A stretch of 64,000 nucleotides of DNA. It comes from a virus. Both the position numbers and the translations under genes were made by a program. The stretch's first letter is position 1. Every line of letters starts with the position of its first letter. The DNA lies in the IMG/VR virus record IMGVR_UViG_3300005466_000025, positions 1 to 64,000 of that record, one strand, 5' to 3'. Shown here piece by piece: positions 54,422-63,896 of the stretch. Below the pieces are notes generated by a model. It saw only the letters and a list, made by a program, of their open reading frames with translations, did not search any database and had not been told where the DNA came from.

Positions 54422-54975
54422 ACTCCGGTCCCTCTCTTTTCAAAGTACACCTTCATATTCTTGTCAAAATGCTCCTGCTCCCCGATTTGTTTCATGGTGA
54501 GTCCACCACCATTTAAATGATGGACAACGACAGTCTCAATGTGCGCCATGGCTATTTCACTTTCCCATAGGCGGTCATGTAGATCATCGTCCTCCCAATA
54601 TCCGCCTTCAAACCTCTCATCGAAGAAATCCCCATATTTCTCATATATGTCCTCATAAATGATTCTAGGGACGCAGAAGAATGACCGTGGAAGGGTATCC
54701 CGTGGATCAGGAATCACCCTGGGCGTAGTGATGGCATTATTAATTGCCAAATCCCGCAATGTGCCATTTGTAAGCCATGTATCATTATTTGCCACAATAA
54801 TATGATCCCCGGATGCAAGTCTCATGCCTAAATTAACTGAGGCACCGTATCCCAAGCCGTCATTGGCTACAATAATTAATTCATCATGGCCCACAAGGGA
54901 GTTCACGCACTTTTTAAGCATGAAATCAACATCCTTCAATCCATACATGTGAGGCACGACCACGCTAAGCTTCAT
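54418..54975 (-). CDS. glycosyltransferase family 2
   Basis: SVVVP, N.G...ASG.....NND, FDERF...YWEDDD. Confidence 0.85.
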   Translation of the reverse strand: MKLSVVVPHMYGLKDVDFMLKKCVNSLVGHDELIIVANDGLGYGASVNLGMRLASGDHIIVANNDTWLTNGTLRDLAINNAITTPRVIPDPRDTLPRSFFCVPRIIYEDIYEKYGDFFDERFEGGYWEDDDLHDRLWESEIAMAHIETVVVHHLNGGGLTMKQIGEQEHFDKNMKVYFEKRGTGV

Positions 54976-55465
54976 TATTTTCCCCTAAAACATAAAAGTT
55001 TCCATCGGCAAATATGGCATATGGAGTAAATCCTAGCTTACGCAAATCTTCCTTTGCCTCCTTATAATCGTAATCAACAATCTTTGCCTTGAGATATTTT
55101 GTGTTTTTCGGCCATCTTCCGCCATTCTTGAAAATATTTTTTTCTTTTCCCCTAACGTCAATTTTAATAAAATCTATTTTGGCCGTTTCGGCAATATTGT
55201 TGAATATTAGGGTGTCAAGGTCAAAATACCCCAAATCGAAGTATTTGTAGCAGATGTTATCATGATAAGCTAACAAACTTTTATCCATCAGAAAATTTGA
55301 CCTATCACTTTCAAATGAGAGAATTTTGGCCTCAGGAAACATCATGGCGAACTGAAATGAGGAGAATTTTGTTCTCACCCCCAGATCAACGATTAAATTG
55401 GGCTTAAAGTTTCTAGGGAGATTCCATTCACCCCGCCTGGAAACAATCTCGGCATCTGGCTTCAT
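54965..55465 (-). CDS. FkbM-like methyltransferase (possibly degenerate)
   Basis: IVDLG, SFE, LD, IDFIKIDV.G.E. Confidence 0.7.
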   Translation of the reverse strand: MKPDAEIVSRRGEWNLPRNFKPNLIVDLGVRTKFSSFQFAMMFPEAKILSFESDRSNFLMDKSLLAYHDNICYKYFDLGYFDLDTLIFNNIAETAKIDFIKIDVRGKEKNIFKNGGRWPKNTKYLKAKIVDYDYKEAKEDLRKLGFTPYAIFADGNFYVLGENNEA

Positions 55466-55988
55466 AAGTTTCTGTTCCTCCAACTAGAATTGTCGGCCCA
55501 TCAAAGGCCGCTGGTTTTCCATCAACAAGTCTTTGTGTAAATGAGGCATCATCTGCCCCACATTTATTGCAGACGGCAGTAAGTTTGTCCACGCGATCAG
55601 CAAGAACCATCAGACGAGGAATTGAGCCAAAATCCTGCGTTGCAAAATCCTTGTCTAAACCACAAATAATTACTTTTTTATTATTTTCCAAACAGGCACC
55701 AATATATTCAATTATTAATTCATCAAAAAATTGTGCCTCATCAACTCCAACAACATTTATATCTTCAGCGAATGCTGTCTCCCACAATGCATATGAATTT
55801 TCTAAATCATCAGCCTCAAGCTTACTTCCATTATGTGAGGTGACATATCCCCACTCATATCTTGTATCAATTGCTGGTCGCACAAGCTTGACAGTTTTGC
55901 CAGCGATTTCTTCTCGCCTCAAGCGCCGCAATAACTCCTCAGTTTTACCTGAGAACATTGGTCCTGTGATTACTTCAAGTCTGGACAT
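55428..55988 (-). CDS. tdk: thymidine kinase
   Basis: GPMFSGKTEEL, DEAQF, GLDKDF, C..C, YEARCR.C. Confidence 0.95.
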   Translation of the reverse strand: MSRLEVITGPMFSGKTEELLRRLRREEIAGKTVKLVRPAIDTRYEWGYVTSHNGSKLEADDLENSYALWETAFAEDINVVGVDEAQFFDELIIEYIGACLENNKKVIICGLDKDFATQDFGSIPRLMVLADRVDKLTAVCNKCGADDASFTQRLVDGKPAAFDGPTILVGGTETYEARCRDCFQAG

Positions 55989-56284
55989 TCCATCTCCTCA
56001 ACGTAGGTATTCAAGCGAATATATTCATTATTGTCCCGCTTGCTTTTTCTTTGCCTGCAATATTCCTTGAATGCCTCATGCGCCAATTCCTTTGCTTCCT
56101 CCATGGTTTCACAATATCCAAGAAAGCATCGATAATCTCCAAATACAGTATATTCTTCCCAGTTATCAACCAGACCCCAAAATTTATTTTGTTGAACTTC
56201 TTCTAGTTTCCAATAAAAATTTTGTGTCTTTCCCTCTACTGGACGACCGATCACAGGCTCAACCACAATTCTAATTTTGCTCAT
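55970..56284 (-). CDS. hypothetical protein, paralogue of 56271..56603
   Basis: IRIVVEP...W...GY.ET.EEA. Confidence 0.7.
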   Translation of the reverse strand: MSKIRIVVEPVIGRPVEGKTQNFYWKLEEVQQNKFWGLVDNWEEYTVFGDYRCFLGYCETMEEAKELAHEAFKEYCRQRKSKRDNNEYIRLNTYVEEMECPDLK

Positions 56285-56603
56285 TTTCCGTCCATTCAGT
56301 CACATAATCCTTCTTGGAATAATTTTTTATTGATGTGTTTTGCTTGAGATATTTCTTGAACCACTTCTTGGTTCTCAATCCCTTATAGTATTCCTCAACT
56401 GCTTTTTGACCTGCTTCATGGGCTTCATCCTCTGATTTGGCGAAACCCCAGGCCCTAACAGGATAAACACTTATTTCCTTCCAGTATGCATTGGAATCAG
56501 AAAGATGAAATGTTTCAATCTTCCAGCTCCAAACACCCTGTTCAAGTGTGGGTTCAACAACAACTCTTACATCTCCATTAGAAAATCCGCTCTGTGCTGT
56601 CAA
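56271..56603 (-). CDS. hypothetical protein, paralogue of 55970..56284
   Basis: VRVVVEP...W...GFAKS.DEA. Confidence 0.7.
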   Translation of the reverse strand: MTAQSGFSNGDVRVVVEPTLEQGVWSWKIETFHLSDSNAYWKEISVYPVRAWGFAKSEDEAHEAGQKAVEEYYKGLRTKKWFKKYLKQNTSIKNYSKKDYVTEWTENEQN

Positions 56604-57135
56604 GATATATCACCCCTATTCCTGGTCCCCTTTCCCAATCATTGTGAGGATAAATTATCTCAGAAAAATTATATTTATTTTTTATTTCATCCCAGAAAAT
56701 ACTTACTTCTGAATTGAATGGATAGTATGAAAGAATATCATGGAATGCAATGATGGAATTGTCGGACATTAATCTTGAGTACAGATAAAAATCCTTGGAT
56801 ACCTCATCGTATGAGTGTCCTCCATCAATGAACAGCCAATCAAGGGCCACAAAATTTTGTGCGGCCCACTTCCATGATTCATAATCCTGGCTTGGAGCCG
56901 TTCTATAAATGATTTCCGTATCATGATAAGTCTTCCAAGAATTATAATGCTCAGAATTTATACGCTGTACATCAATGCTGGCGATCTTTGTGTCAGGCTG
57001 TGCATATTTCGCCCAATAAAATAATGTTCCACCCTCATGCGTCCCAATCTCCAACACATTTTTGGGCTTTCTAAATTTATATAGTTCCAGAAGTTCAGCA
57101 AACTCCGGTGGATTCTGTGAGGTTGGTGGAATCAT
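56578..57135 (-). CDS. class I SAM-dependent methyltransferase (Methyltransf_24-like)
   Basis: VLEIGT..GGT, LFIDGGHSY..V..D, FHD. Confidence 0.9.
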   Translation of the reverse strand: MIPPTSQNPPEFAELLELYKFRKPKNVLEIGTHEGGTLFYWAKYAQPDTKIASIDVQRINSEHYNSWKTYHDTEIIYRTAPSQDYESWKWAAQNFVALDWLFIDGGHSYDEVSKDFYLYSRLMSDNSIIAFHDILSYYPFNSEVSIFWDEIKNKYNFSEIIYPHNDWERGPGIGVIYLDSTERIF

Positions 57136-57467
57136 AGATATTTAATCCATGTTTTCTTTTCTAACTCAATTTCTTTATCTATCATTTTCTTTTGTAGATT
57201 GCCGAAGTGCGTGGATTTTTCTATCGCCTCTTCCTTTGTTTTTGCATAGCCATGCGCCTTAATTTCTTCATCTCCGCCTTCATTGGCCCCAATATAAGGT
57301 TCACTTGTTATATAAACATACCAAACCCAAGATAGTTCGTATCCATCCCCTATGACATGAGGATTTCGTTTAGCTACTAACTTTACCCATTTCATATTTT
57401 CATATCCTTTGTGATTTGTCTCACTATATAAAGAAACACTAGGTATCCTACAAATCTTCTCATCCAA
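57132..57467 (-). CDS. hypothetical protein with GYAKTKEEA motif
   Basis: ORF coupled to neighbours. Confidence 0.65.
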   Translation of the reverse strand: MDEKICRIPSVSLYSETNHKGYENMKWVKLVAKRNPHVIGDGYELSWVWYVYITSEPYIGANEGGDEEIKAHGYAKTKEEAIEKSTHFGNLQKKMIDKEIELEKKTWIKYL

Positions 57468-57978
57468 TAAATTGTTTATTCATTTGAAAGAATGCAGTCA
57501 GACCGTAGTTGTATATTAAATCAAATTCCCTGGGCACATCCTTTCCACTAATTTCTATCTGATAGTCATGCACCGCAAGAAAATCATGTGGTCCAAGAAA
57601 CGGGGAGAATAATTCAACCTCCCTGGGCTTGTCCCCGTTGTCACAGAAGAGAACAAGCGGGAAGGGCGAGTCCTGTATGGTATGCTCAATTATTTTTTTA
57701 TTATCAAAAATATTTATTTTTTTAAATCCCTCAATTTTATTTAATGGTTCCCCAATATCAAATGTTCTGAACCACTCAACATTTGTGCTGAGCCACTCGG
57801 AAAATGTTCCATCACCTGTCCCCAATTCTATGATTGCCCTGGGAACATACTTGCGAAGAAAATAACTCCATGCCTCAATATCTGTCTGATGTTGAGAGGC
57901 GAATTTAATTTCCTCCTTCCCACTTTCCAACTGAGTTTTTAGCTCGGCGGCTACCTCACTAGCATATTTATATTCCAT
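57460..57978 (-). CDS. SAM-dependent methyltransferase-like protein
   Basis: IIELGT..G, LFCDNG.K..E, HD. Confidence 0.75.
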   Translation of the reverse strand: MEYKYASEVAAELKTQLESGKEEIKFASQHQTDIEAWSYFLRKYVPRAIIELGTGDGTFSEWLSTNVEWFRTFDIGEPLNKIEGFKKINIFDNKKIIEHTIQDSPFPLVLFCDNGDKPREVELFSPFLGPHDFLAVHDYQIEISGKDVPREFDLIYNYGLTAFFQMNKQFIG

Positions 57979-58499
57979 GCACTCTTCCATTTCTTGAAAT
58001 ATTTATTTTCTATGATCATATTTCTTCTGCCAAATTTAAACTCAAAGTTGGATTCAATGTCAGGATTAACATCCTCCATGGGGTCCAGTCTCACATGATA
58101 GGGATCAATTGTCATGTACTGATGGTTCCACTGATCCTCCCCATAAACAATATCCTCCCAACGGCTTTTTACTTCAGGGAAATCCGTCCTGTTCACATAA
58201 CTTCTTAGATACTTGGCGAGATACATTTGAAATTTATCGGCGCAGGTTACACTCTGGCCCTTAAACTCCTCAAAAATTATTCTCCAAACCTTATTGTCCT
58301 TGACGATCATTGTCTCATTGAGAAAAAATATTTCATCGTAGTCAGTCTTCTCAAATGTTTCCTTGACTCCATCGATCTGCCAACCCCAATGGTTGGTTAG
58401 GATGATTGGATACTTTGTGTCAAGCGTCGGGAGAAGCTCCCCAAGCCATCTTGTATCACCCTTAATGGGATGACTAATTGCTATTGCTTGTCTGATCAA
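57951..58499 (-). CDS. hypothetical protein, possibly glycosyltransferase-like
   Basis: located in glycosylation cluster; YDEIFFL. Confidence 0.55.
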   Translation of the reverse strand: MIRQAIAISHPIKGDTRWLGELLPTLDTKYPIILTNHWGWQIDGVKETFEKTDYDEIFFLNETMIVKDNKVWRIIFEEFKGQSVTCADKFQMYLAKYLRSYVNRTDFPEVKSRWEDIVYGEDQWNHQYMTIDPYHVRLDPMEDVNPDIESNFEFKFGRRNMIIENKYFKKWKSAWNINMLVR

Positions 58500-58914
58500 T
58501 GATCCTCCTAATTATTTCCGTTGTGGAGATGCCTCCTGTGTAGGGCAGGTAAACTACTTTTATGTTACGCCAGTCCAGCCAAGCCTGATCTATTCCAAGC
58601 TGTCCCAGGTAGTCCCTGTTCTTCCAATCGTCCCCGATTGCAATGATCTGTGGTCTTACTCTATCAATTGTCAGACCTGAGTTGGCCCCTCCTATATTTC
58701 TTATCACACTGTTAACATATTTGCAGGACTGAAGCACGGCGAATCTTTCTTCGAAGGTGCAGATGGGCTGTCTTTTAAATTGCGCCACAAATTCATCGTC
58801 GTTCACCGCCACAACTAGGTGGTCCCCAAGCTTTCTTGCCTCCCTTAAAAAATTAACGTGGCCCGTATGGAACAGATCAAATGTCCCGCCTGTATACACT
58901 TTAACTAGGTTCAT
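58474..58914 (-). CDS. cytidylyltransferase (TagD/RfaE-like)
   Basis: GTFDLFH.GH, GDDW, YT.GISTT. Confidence 0.9.
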   Translation of the reverse strand: MNLVKVYTGGTFDLFHTGHVNFLREARKLGDHLVVAVNDDEFVAQFKRQPICTFEERFAVLQSCKYVNSVIRNIGGANSGLTIDRVRPQIIAIGDDWKNRDYLGQLGIDQAWLDWRNIKVVYLPYTGGISTTEIIRRIIDQTSNSN

Positions 58915-59626
58915 AAAATAATTCCAGGATTTCATTGGGGGCAGGATCGAAAACCACATCCGCAAATTGACTAGGAACAACAGGGTGAAGATTGGGGTCA
59001 CCTAGCGTCCATCCTGTCCAGATTTTTTCATACCATTCTGGTATCCACTCATGGTTATGTTCCGATCCAGAAATTTTTTGTCTCATTTCCTCGTCCGATC
59101 TTACAAATGAAAAATGATGAAACTCTGCGCCAGTTGTCCACCCATTTCTTGCGTCAGTTAGGCGACTAAATTTAAATTGTTGGTTGGTTCTTATCGCCAC
59201 CACCGGGTTGTCGGGCTGAGGATCGGGCTGAATTCTTAACCCCATTGTCTTCCAATAGACGTGCATATTTGGTGCCCGGACAACATCCACATCATCCTTC
59301 AAGGATTTTAATAAAAAATATAATTCTTTTTCTTCCCAGAATTCATCTGTATCAACAACTAGTGCCCACTCTATTCCTTGCATTTTCATGTGTGCAAGTC
59401 CATGGTTTCTTTGTTGATGATCCACTCCACTATTTATATAAACTAAATTGGCTCCCTCCTCCTCAACAATATCCATGGTCATATCATTGTTTCCTTCGCC
59501 ACGCCATGGACGGTCGGAACACACAACATAATGTGGCAAGCCAAAACTTCTAAACTGCCTAATATTTGCAGCCATGAATCTCTCTGCCTTATATGCAACA
59601 GTTAGAACTCCAACTTTATTGTTCAA
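58901..59626 (-). CDS. glycosyltransferase family 2-like
   Basis: QRN.GL, W.LVVDTDE, HFS.VR. Confidence 0.8.
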   Translation of the reverse strand: MNNKVGVLTVAYKAERFMAANIRQFRSFGLPHYVVCSDRPWRGEGNNDMTMDIVEEEGANLVYINSGVDHQQRNHGLAHMKMQGIEWALVVDTDEFWEEKELYFLLKSLKDDVDVVRAPNMHVYWKTMGLRIQPDPQPDNPVVAIRTNQQFKFSRLTDARNGWTTGAEFHHFSFVRSDEEMRQKISGSEHNHEWIPEWYEKIWTGWTLGDPNLHPVVPSQFADVVFDPAPNEILELFYEPS

Positions 59627-59804
59627 GGATTCTCTCCCTCATTTTCTTTGGAAGAAGTTCAAGGGAATCACAGTCAGGACAAATCCATGGGCCTTCCTTG
59701 CCGTCTGTTGTCATAATAAGCAACAAATCCATGCCACATTCCGTGGACTGTTCGCCCTTCTTATAAGTTTTAGAAGTACATTTTCTTTTTTCTACTGCGT
59801 CCAT
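59616..59804 (-). CDS. zinc-ribbon protein
   Basis: C...CG...CPDC. Confidence 0.55.
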   Translation of the reverse strand: MDAVEKRKCTSKTYKKGEQSTECGMDLLLIMTTDGKEGPWICPDCDSLELLPKKMRERILEQ

Positions 59805-60586
59805 TTAGATTCATAGTAGTCCCTGTTTGAGAACTCTATAATTTCCTCCCTTTCTCCTTCGAAGTAGTCCTTGTGGGGCAGGGAAATTGCAATGTTTGAT
59901 TTATCCAGGACAACATTGAACCCCTTAAGTTTTGCCTGCTGAGCAAAGTCCATGTTCTCATAGGCAATCCCCTTGTCTAGTTCCTCGTCCCATCTGACTC
60001 CCGCCTCAAGAATTTTTCTTGGAATGGCAGCCCAGTTGGCCTCCCAGTGTCCTGTCTCAACTGGAAGGATTTCATCCCCCAATACATAAAGCTGTGACAC
60101 CCGCACATCCTCCCATGATAATCTCCTAGGTCTGGACGTAAAGGGTTCATTAAAGATTGTGTAGTCACCCTCTAGATCAACAATTTTATTTGGGTATGGA
60201 TCGCGGGAGATATGTGTGACCCCTGTTAGCAGGGAGTCCGGGAACAATTTGTTGGCGTCAATGAATCTCTGTAGCCCGTCCGGATGCAGATAAATATAAT
60301 CCTGTAGGGATACAAGCATGTCAAAGCCTTTGTCCAGGACAAACTCAGCCACATTGTTATACATGGCGCACAGATTTCTTTTATTTCCCTCAGGAATTTC
60401 CCTCTGCATCCACTGGATAGGGAAGTCAACCCTGCTCTGTATCTCACCCCAGATTGGGTACCTATTAATAAATCTTTGGTCACTGACAACCCATACAAAA
60501 TCCTTGAATGTCTGACGCATTAGGGATGCCTCTAGTACATCCAATCCCCCTGGTCTATATGTGGGTGTAAAAACAACTATCTTCAA
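59792..60586 (-). CDS. glycosyltransferase family 2
   Basis: VFTPT.R, SL.RQT, QD, WDE......EN.D. Confidence 0.8.
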   Translation of the reverse strand: MKIVVFTPTYRPGGLDVLEASLMRQTFKDFVWVVSDQRFINRYPIWGEIQSRVDFPIQWMQREIPEGNKRNLCAMYNNVAEFVLDKGFDMLVSLQDYIYLHPDGLQRFIDANKLFPDSLLTGVTHISRDPYPNKIVDLEGDYTIFNEPFTSRPRRLSWEDVRVSQLYVLGDEILPVETGHWEANWAAIPRKILEAGVRWDEELDKGIAYENMDFAQQAKLKGFNVVLDKSNIAISLPHKDYFEGEREEIIEFSNRDYYESKWTQ

Positions 60587-61152
60587 GCGAAATACCTCCA
60601 TGCTTCTGAATCATATCCGTATAAGGTAGCGAAGGTCTTTAAAAATAAAATTTTTGACTCCACAGGAGTAAGAGGGTTGATGGTATAGCTCAGCACAGGT
60701 TCCCCTTCATAATAATCAGGAGGTATGGAACCAAAGTCCCTCATCTCAGTGTGTCTTACAAGAAGATCAATCTCATGCACTTCCTCTGGCATTTCAAGGG
60801 GAATTCCAAACTTGGTGCAGATGGCACCCATAAGATGTTCCTCCACCTGTCGGTAGGATTCATACTGCGGCGTTGTCTTCAGCGGTGCTATGATATCCCC
60901 TATGTATGCCTCCGAGGCGTCATGCATGAGTGCCCATTTCTTTAATGGGTATGGAGCCTCCCATGAACAAATCACGGAGTGCTGTGCAACACTATAAAAT
61001 TCCTTACACTGTCCACCATATCTGCACACATTTGACAGACCATGAGCGATATCCAATATAGAAATATCATCGATGTTCGGGTCAAGCGGGTAGAATCTCT
61101 TGCCTGAGAAGGTACACATCGGCAAGATGGTGGCGGTTTCCATACCGTCCAT
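60583..61152 (-). CDS. HD-domain 5'-deoxynucleotidase (YfbR-like)
   Basis: DIAH.LS..CRY.G...FYSVAQHS, ALMHDASEAY.GD. Confidence 0.9.
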   Translation of the reverse strand: MDGMETATILPMCTFSGKRFYPLDPNIDDISILDIAHGLSNVCRYGGQCKEFYSVAQHSVICSWEAPYPLKKWALMHDASEAYIGDIIAPLKTTPQYESYRQVEEHLMGAICTKFGIPLEMPEEVHEIDLLVRHTEMRDFGSIPPDYYEGEPVLSYTINPLTPVESKILFLKTFATLYGYDSEAWRYFA

Positions 61153-61159
61153 GCCCAGT

Positions 61160-61168
61160 AGTATAGCA
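61160..61168 (-). promoter_or_regulatory. extended -10 leaderless promoter
   Basis: TGCTATACT 7 nt before ATG 61152; GC hairpin at 61177-61209 upstream. Confidence 0.65.
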
Positions 61169-61267
61169 TAAAGTTGAGGCGGGCCGACACACCGAAACGA
61201 CCCGCCCCATTAGAAAGGGAGCAAAATGGTGGGGACGGATACCATTCTGCTTCTACCTACCTCCTCG

Positions 61268-61480
61268 TTAGAGGAGGATTTTAACGGCCGTCTCCTTTGG
61301 ACAGCCCTGTTCCAAAAATTTTTCTAATTGTCCGTGATAAACATCACTTTCAACCAGGGCATGAATGTCATCCAGAGGCCAGTCTGGACCCAATATCTTG
61401 ACAAAATTGTCGAACTTATGCTTGTACAAATTTTCAACTTCTCTTGTTTTCTTATCGGTATCTATCGGTATAGATGACAT
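61268..61480 (-). CDS. hypothetical protein
   Basis: C-terminal ..L.QGCP.E.A..IL motif. Confidence 0.65.
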   Translation of the reverse strand: MSSIPIDTDKKTREVENLYKHKFDNFVKILGPDWPLDDIHALVESDVYHGQLEKFLEQGCPKETAVKILL

Positions 61481-61500
61481 TCATGACCCCCTGTTGATTG

Positions 61501-61926
61501 TTAGCTTAGTCCAGCATTTCTAGCGGGGAACTCACCCTTAGTTGCGAGTCCTTCAACGGCTCTAAATGCCGCCTGAAGGGCACCAATAAAGGCAGCTACT
61601 ACAACAGCCTTACCTGCTTCATAATCCGGTGCGTCTGAAATTCCCTGCAATAGAACAACAAATGCCGAGAGTCCAGCAATGACAAATGCGTCCAGATATG
61701 ATGCAATGATGGGCTGGCTTGGAAATAGCCCTGCGAAAGATAGCTTAGGTATGAATACCTGAACTGCCTTAAGTGCGGCAACTCCCGAAGCAACTAGAGC
61801 AGCTACGGCTAGCGCCGAGAACTCCTTTAGATTTGTTGCTGACACTAGACCAGCAGCAAACGTTACAAAGGTGACAGCAAATGCCTTAAGGGCTGCTCGT
61901 CCCGCTTCATATAATAGTTTCTTCAA
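61501..61926 (-). CDS. holin-like membrane protein with internal duplication
   Basis: four hydrophobic helices in two similar halves; follows the endolysins. Confidence 0.75.
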   Translation of the reverse strand: MKKLLYEAGRAALKAFAVTFVTFAAGLVSATNLKEFSALAVAALVASGVAALKAVQVFIPKLSFAGLFPSQPIIASYLDAFVIAGLSAFVVLLQGISDAPDYEAGKAVVVAAFIGALQAAFRAVEGLATKGEFPARNAGLS

Positions 61927-61939
61927 CTTGTCCTCCTTT

Positions 61940-62644
61940 CTAACATTCTCTGCTTTTTAGCAGTGATAGGTACTTCGTTATAATAGCCGCATAATCCTTA
62001 CCTTCGGCTGTATATAACCCTGAGGCTGGTTTTCCGGCCTCAAGCCATTGTCTCGCATAAAATCTACCCACGTTGTGGGCGGCGAGGGCGGCGTCATTAT
62101 CATTCAACGCCTCAATATTATTAGAGAGATACTCAGCGGCCCAGGGGATGGAATAGGCAGGATCAAATGCATCCTCATCCAATACCTCCGGGTGCCAGTA
62201 GGAATTTATCTGCGCCAATCCTCTGTCCCTTGGATCAACATACCCTACGGCTGCTGGATCAAAACCTGATTCCAGATTCAATTGCTTGCACAATAGCAAG
62301 GCTGGATTGCCGCTCTTGTGGGATTCCTCCCAAATTCTTTTCTTAAATAGTCTGCGGGCTGTTGTTGGCCCGATAACACCGTCCGCCTTCAGTCCTACAC
62401 TTGCCTGGAATTCCTTGGTTCTATCCCTGGCAGCCGCCCCAAAGAATGGAGTTGTTGTATCCAATCCCTTGCCGAATCCCCTGTAGGCAAGCTCATTCTT
62501 AAGGGCCACCAATGCATATGCCTTGGGGGTATCGGGTTCCGCCTTGTCTTGATATCTGTACCATGAAGTCCAGGCTGCGCCCAAAGGTCCCTCATCTACC
62601 TGGACCAGACGTGCCACATTATGTCTTGCTTCGTCTTCTGACAT
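61940..62644 (-). CDS. endolysin: PG-binding + SLT lytic transglycosylase
   Basis: FQ...GL.ADG.IGP.T; ESGF.P.A, GLAQI, ALAAHN.G. Confidence 0.9.
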   Translation of the reverse strand: MSEDEARHNVARLVQVDEGPLGAAWTSWYRYQDKAEPDTPKAYALVALKNELAYRGFGKGLDTTTPFFGAAARDRTKEFQASVGLKADGVIGPTTARRLFKKRIWEESHKSGNPALLLCKQLNLESGFDPAAVGYVDPRDRGLAQINSYWHPEVLDEDAFDPAYSIPWAAEYLSNNIEALNDNDAALAAHNVGRFYARQWLEAGKPASGLYTAEGKDYAAIITKYLSLLKSREC

Positions 62645-63588
62645 TATTTTATGTATGTTCTGAAGTGCGAGAAGTCTGATCTATAGTATACACTATTTAG
62701 GACGGGTCCAATTTCCGATCCGTGTGAGATACATTTTCCGTTTCCAATATATATAACAACATGATGATATGGTGCCCCATTCCCATAAAATGCTAGGTCC
62801 CCAGGCTGTGGGGTCCCTGTTCTATTCCCATGCTGGACTAGTGTACCAGTATATCCCCAACCGTTATATCCTAGTCCGTTTGGATCAGGAACTCCTGCCC
62901 CCCAATATGTCCAGGTTGAGAATGATGAGCAATCCTCATAAAAAGGAATTTTTGGAGGACGAATCTTATTACGGACACCATACATTCTGAGTCCGGACTG
63001 GGTGTAGTGAATCTTGTATCTGTTGTTGTATCCAAAGGTTGCATAGGATACAATCACGGCGCGTGGTGACGTGTTGTAAATCTTGTTGGACTTGTTCATC
63101 AGGAAGGTGCCGTACTGATCATAGTATCTGGCTAGCTTCTTGTGTACATCAAGATCGTATACCCCGTCCCGCTTCATGTGGTTCTTTTCCTGGAATTCAC
63201 TTACGTTCTTCTGCATACCCTTACCAAAGAAACGTGTGAAGTTACCCCACTTTCTTATTCCAGCGGCAGCAAGGGCACGCTGGCAAGCCAACACATCATC
63301 CCCATGCATCATCATTGTTTTGTAGTAGAGGGAACGTGGCAATGGAACAACGTTCTTCTTGTTCAACATCAGTCTCAAATTTGCATCGGCATTTCTTTGA
63401 GCCTGCTCCGCCCGTTGCATATCAGTTAGGGGAATACCACCTACATGCTGATACTTTTCAAGTAGACTGTCGTCCCCGTCCTCATATCCCTCTGGCAATA
63501 CATCAAGTGGAACCTCATCCAAGGATGTGTAGACAAACTCCTCCGGGAGGAGTATCAACTTGTTTGTATAAACGTCAACTAGGCTCAT
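62644..63588 (-). CDS. endolysin: PG-binding + NlpC/P60 peptidase
   Basis: G.DV...Q..L, FQ......DG; DCSSF, PGDL.FY, HV.IY.G.G. Confidence 0.9.
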   Translation of the reverse strand: MSLVDVYTNKLILLPEEFVYTSLDEVPLDVLPEGYEDGDDSLLEKYQHVGGIPLTDMQRAEQAQRNADANLRLMLNKKNVVPLPRSLYYKTMMMHGDDVLACQRALAAAGIRKWGNFTRFFGKGMQKNVSEFQEKNHMKRDGVYDLDVHKKLARYYDQYGTFLMNKSNKIYNTSPRAVIVSYATFGYNNRYKIHYTQSGLRMYGVRNKIRPPKIPFYEDCSSFSTWTYWGAGVPDPNGLGYNGWGYTGTLVQHGNRTGTPQPGDLAFYGNGAPYHHVVIYIGNGKCISHGSEIGPVLNSVYYRSDFSHFRTYIK

Positions 63589-63896
63589 TATGGCAACTTA
63601 CATGGTGGTATGTGGTTTAGTCTCATAATTTGTTTGTTGATAACCGAGAGATATGCAGCCTTCACAGCCGGATCAAAGTGTTCCCCTTCAACCCTCTTGT
63701 GGTCCCTCTCTAGGAAATTGATTGCGATTTTGTTTCTGAACTTCTCCCTGTCACACTGTCTGATGATGAATATTGTTTGTTTTTTGTTAACTTTTCTGAT
63801 GGCCGCATCGTTTTGATACGCAAGAAACAGACCTATAACAACACCAATTGCTAAGGTTAAGTAACCCACCCTATTCTTTGTCTGTGCTGATACCAT
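63588..63896 (-). CDS. membrane protein
   Basis: N-terminal TM segment; TAATG coupling to the endolysin. Confidence 0.6.
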   Translation of the reverse strand: MVSAQTKNRVGYLTLAIGVVIGLFLAYQNDAAIRKVNKKQTIFIIRQCDREKFRNKIAINFLERDHKRVEGEHFDPAVKAAYLSVINKQIMRLNHIPPCKLP

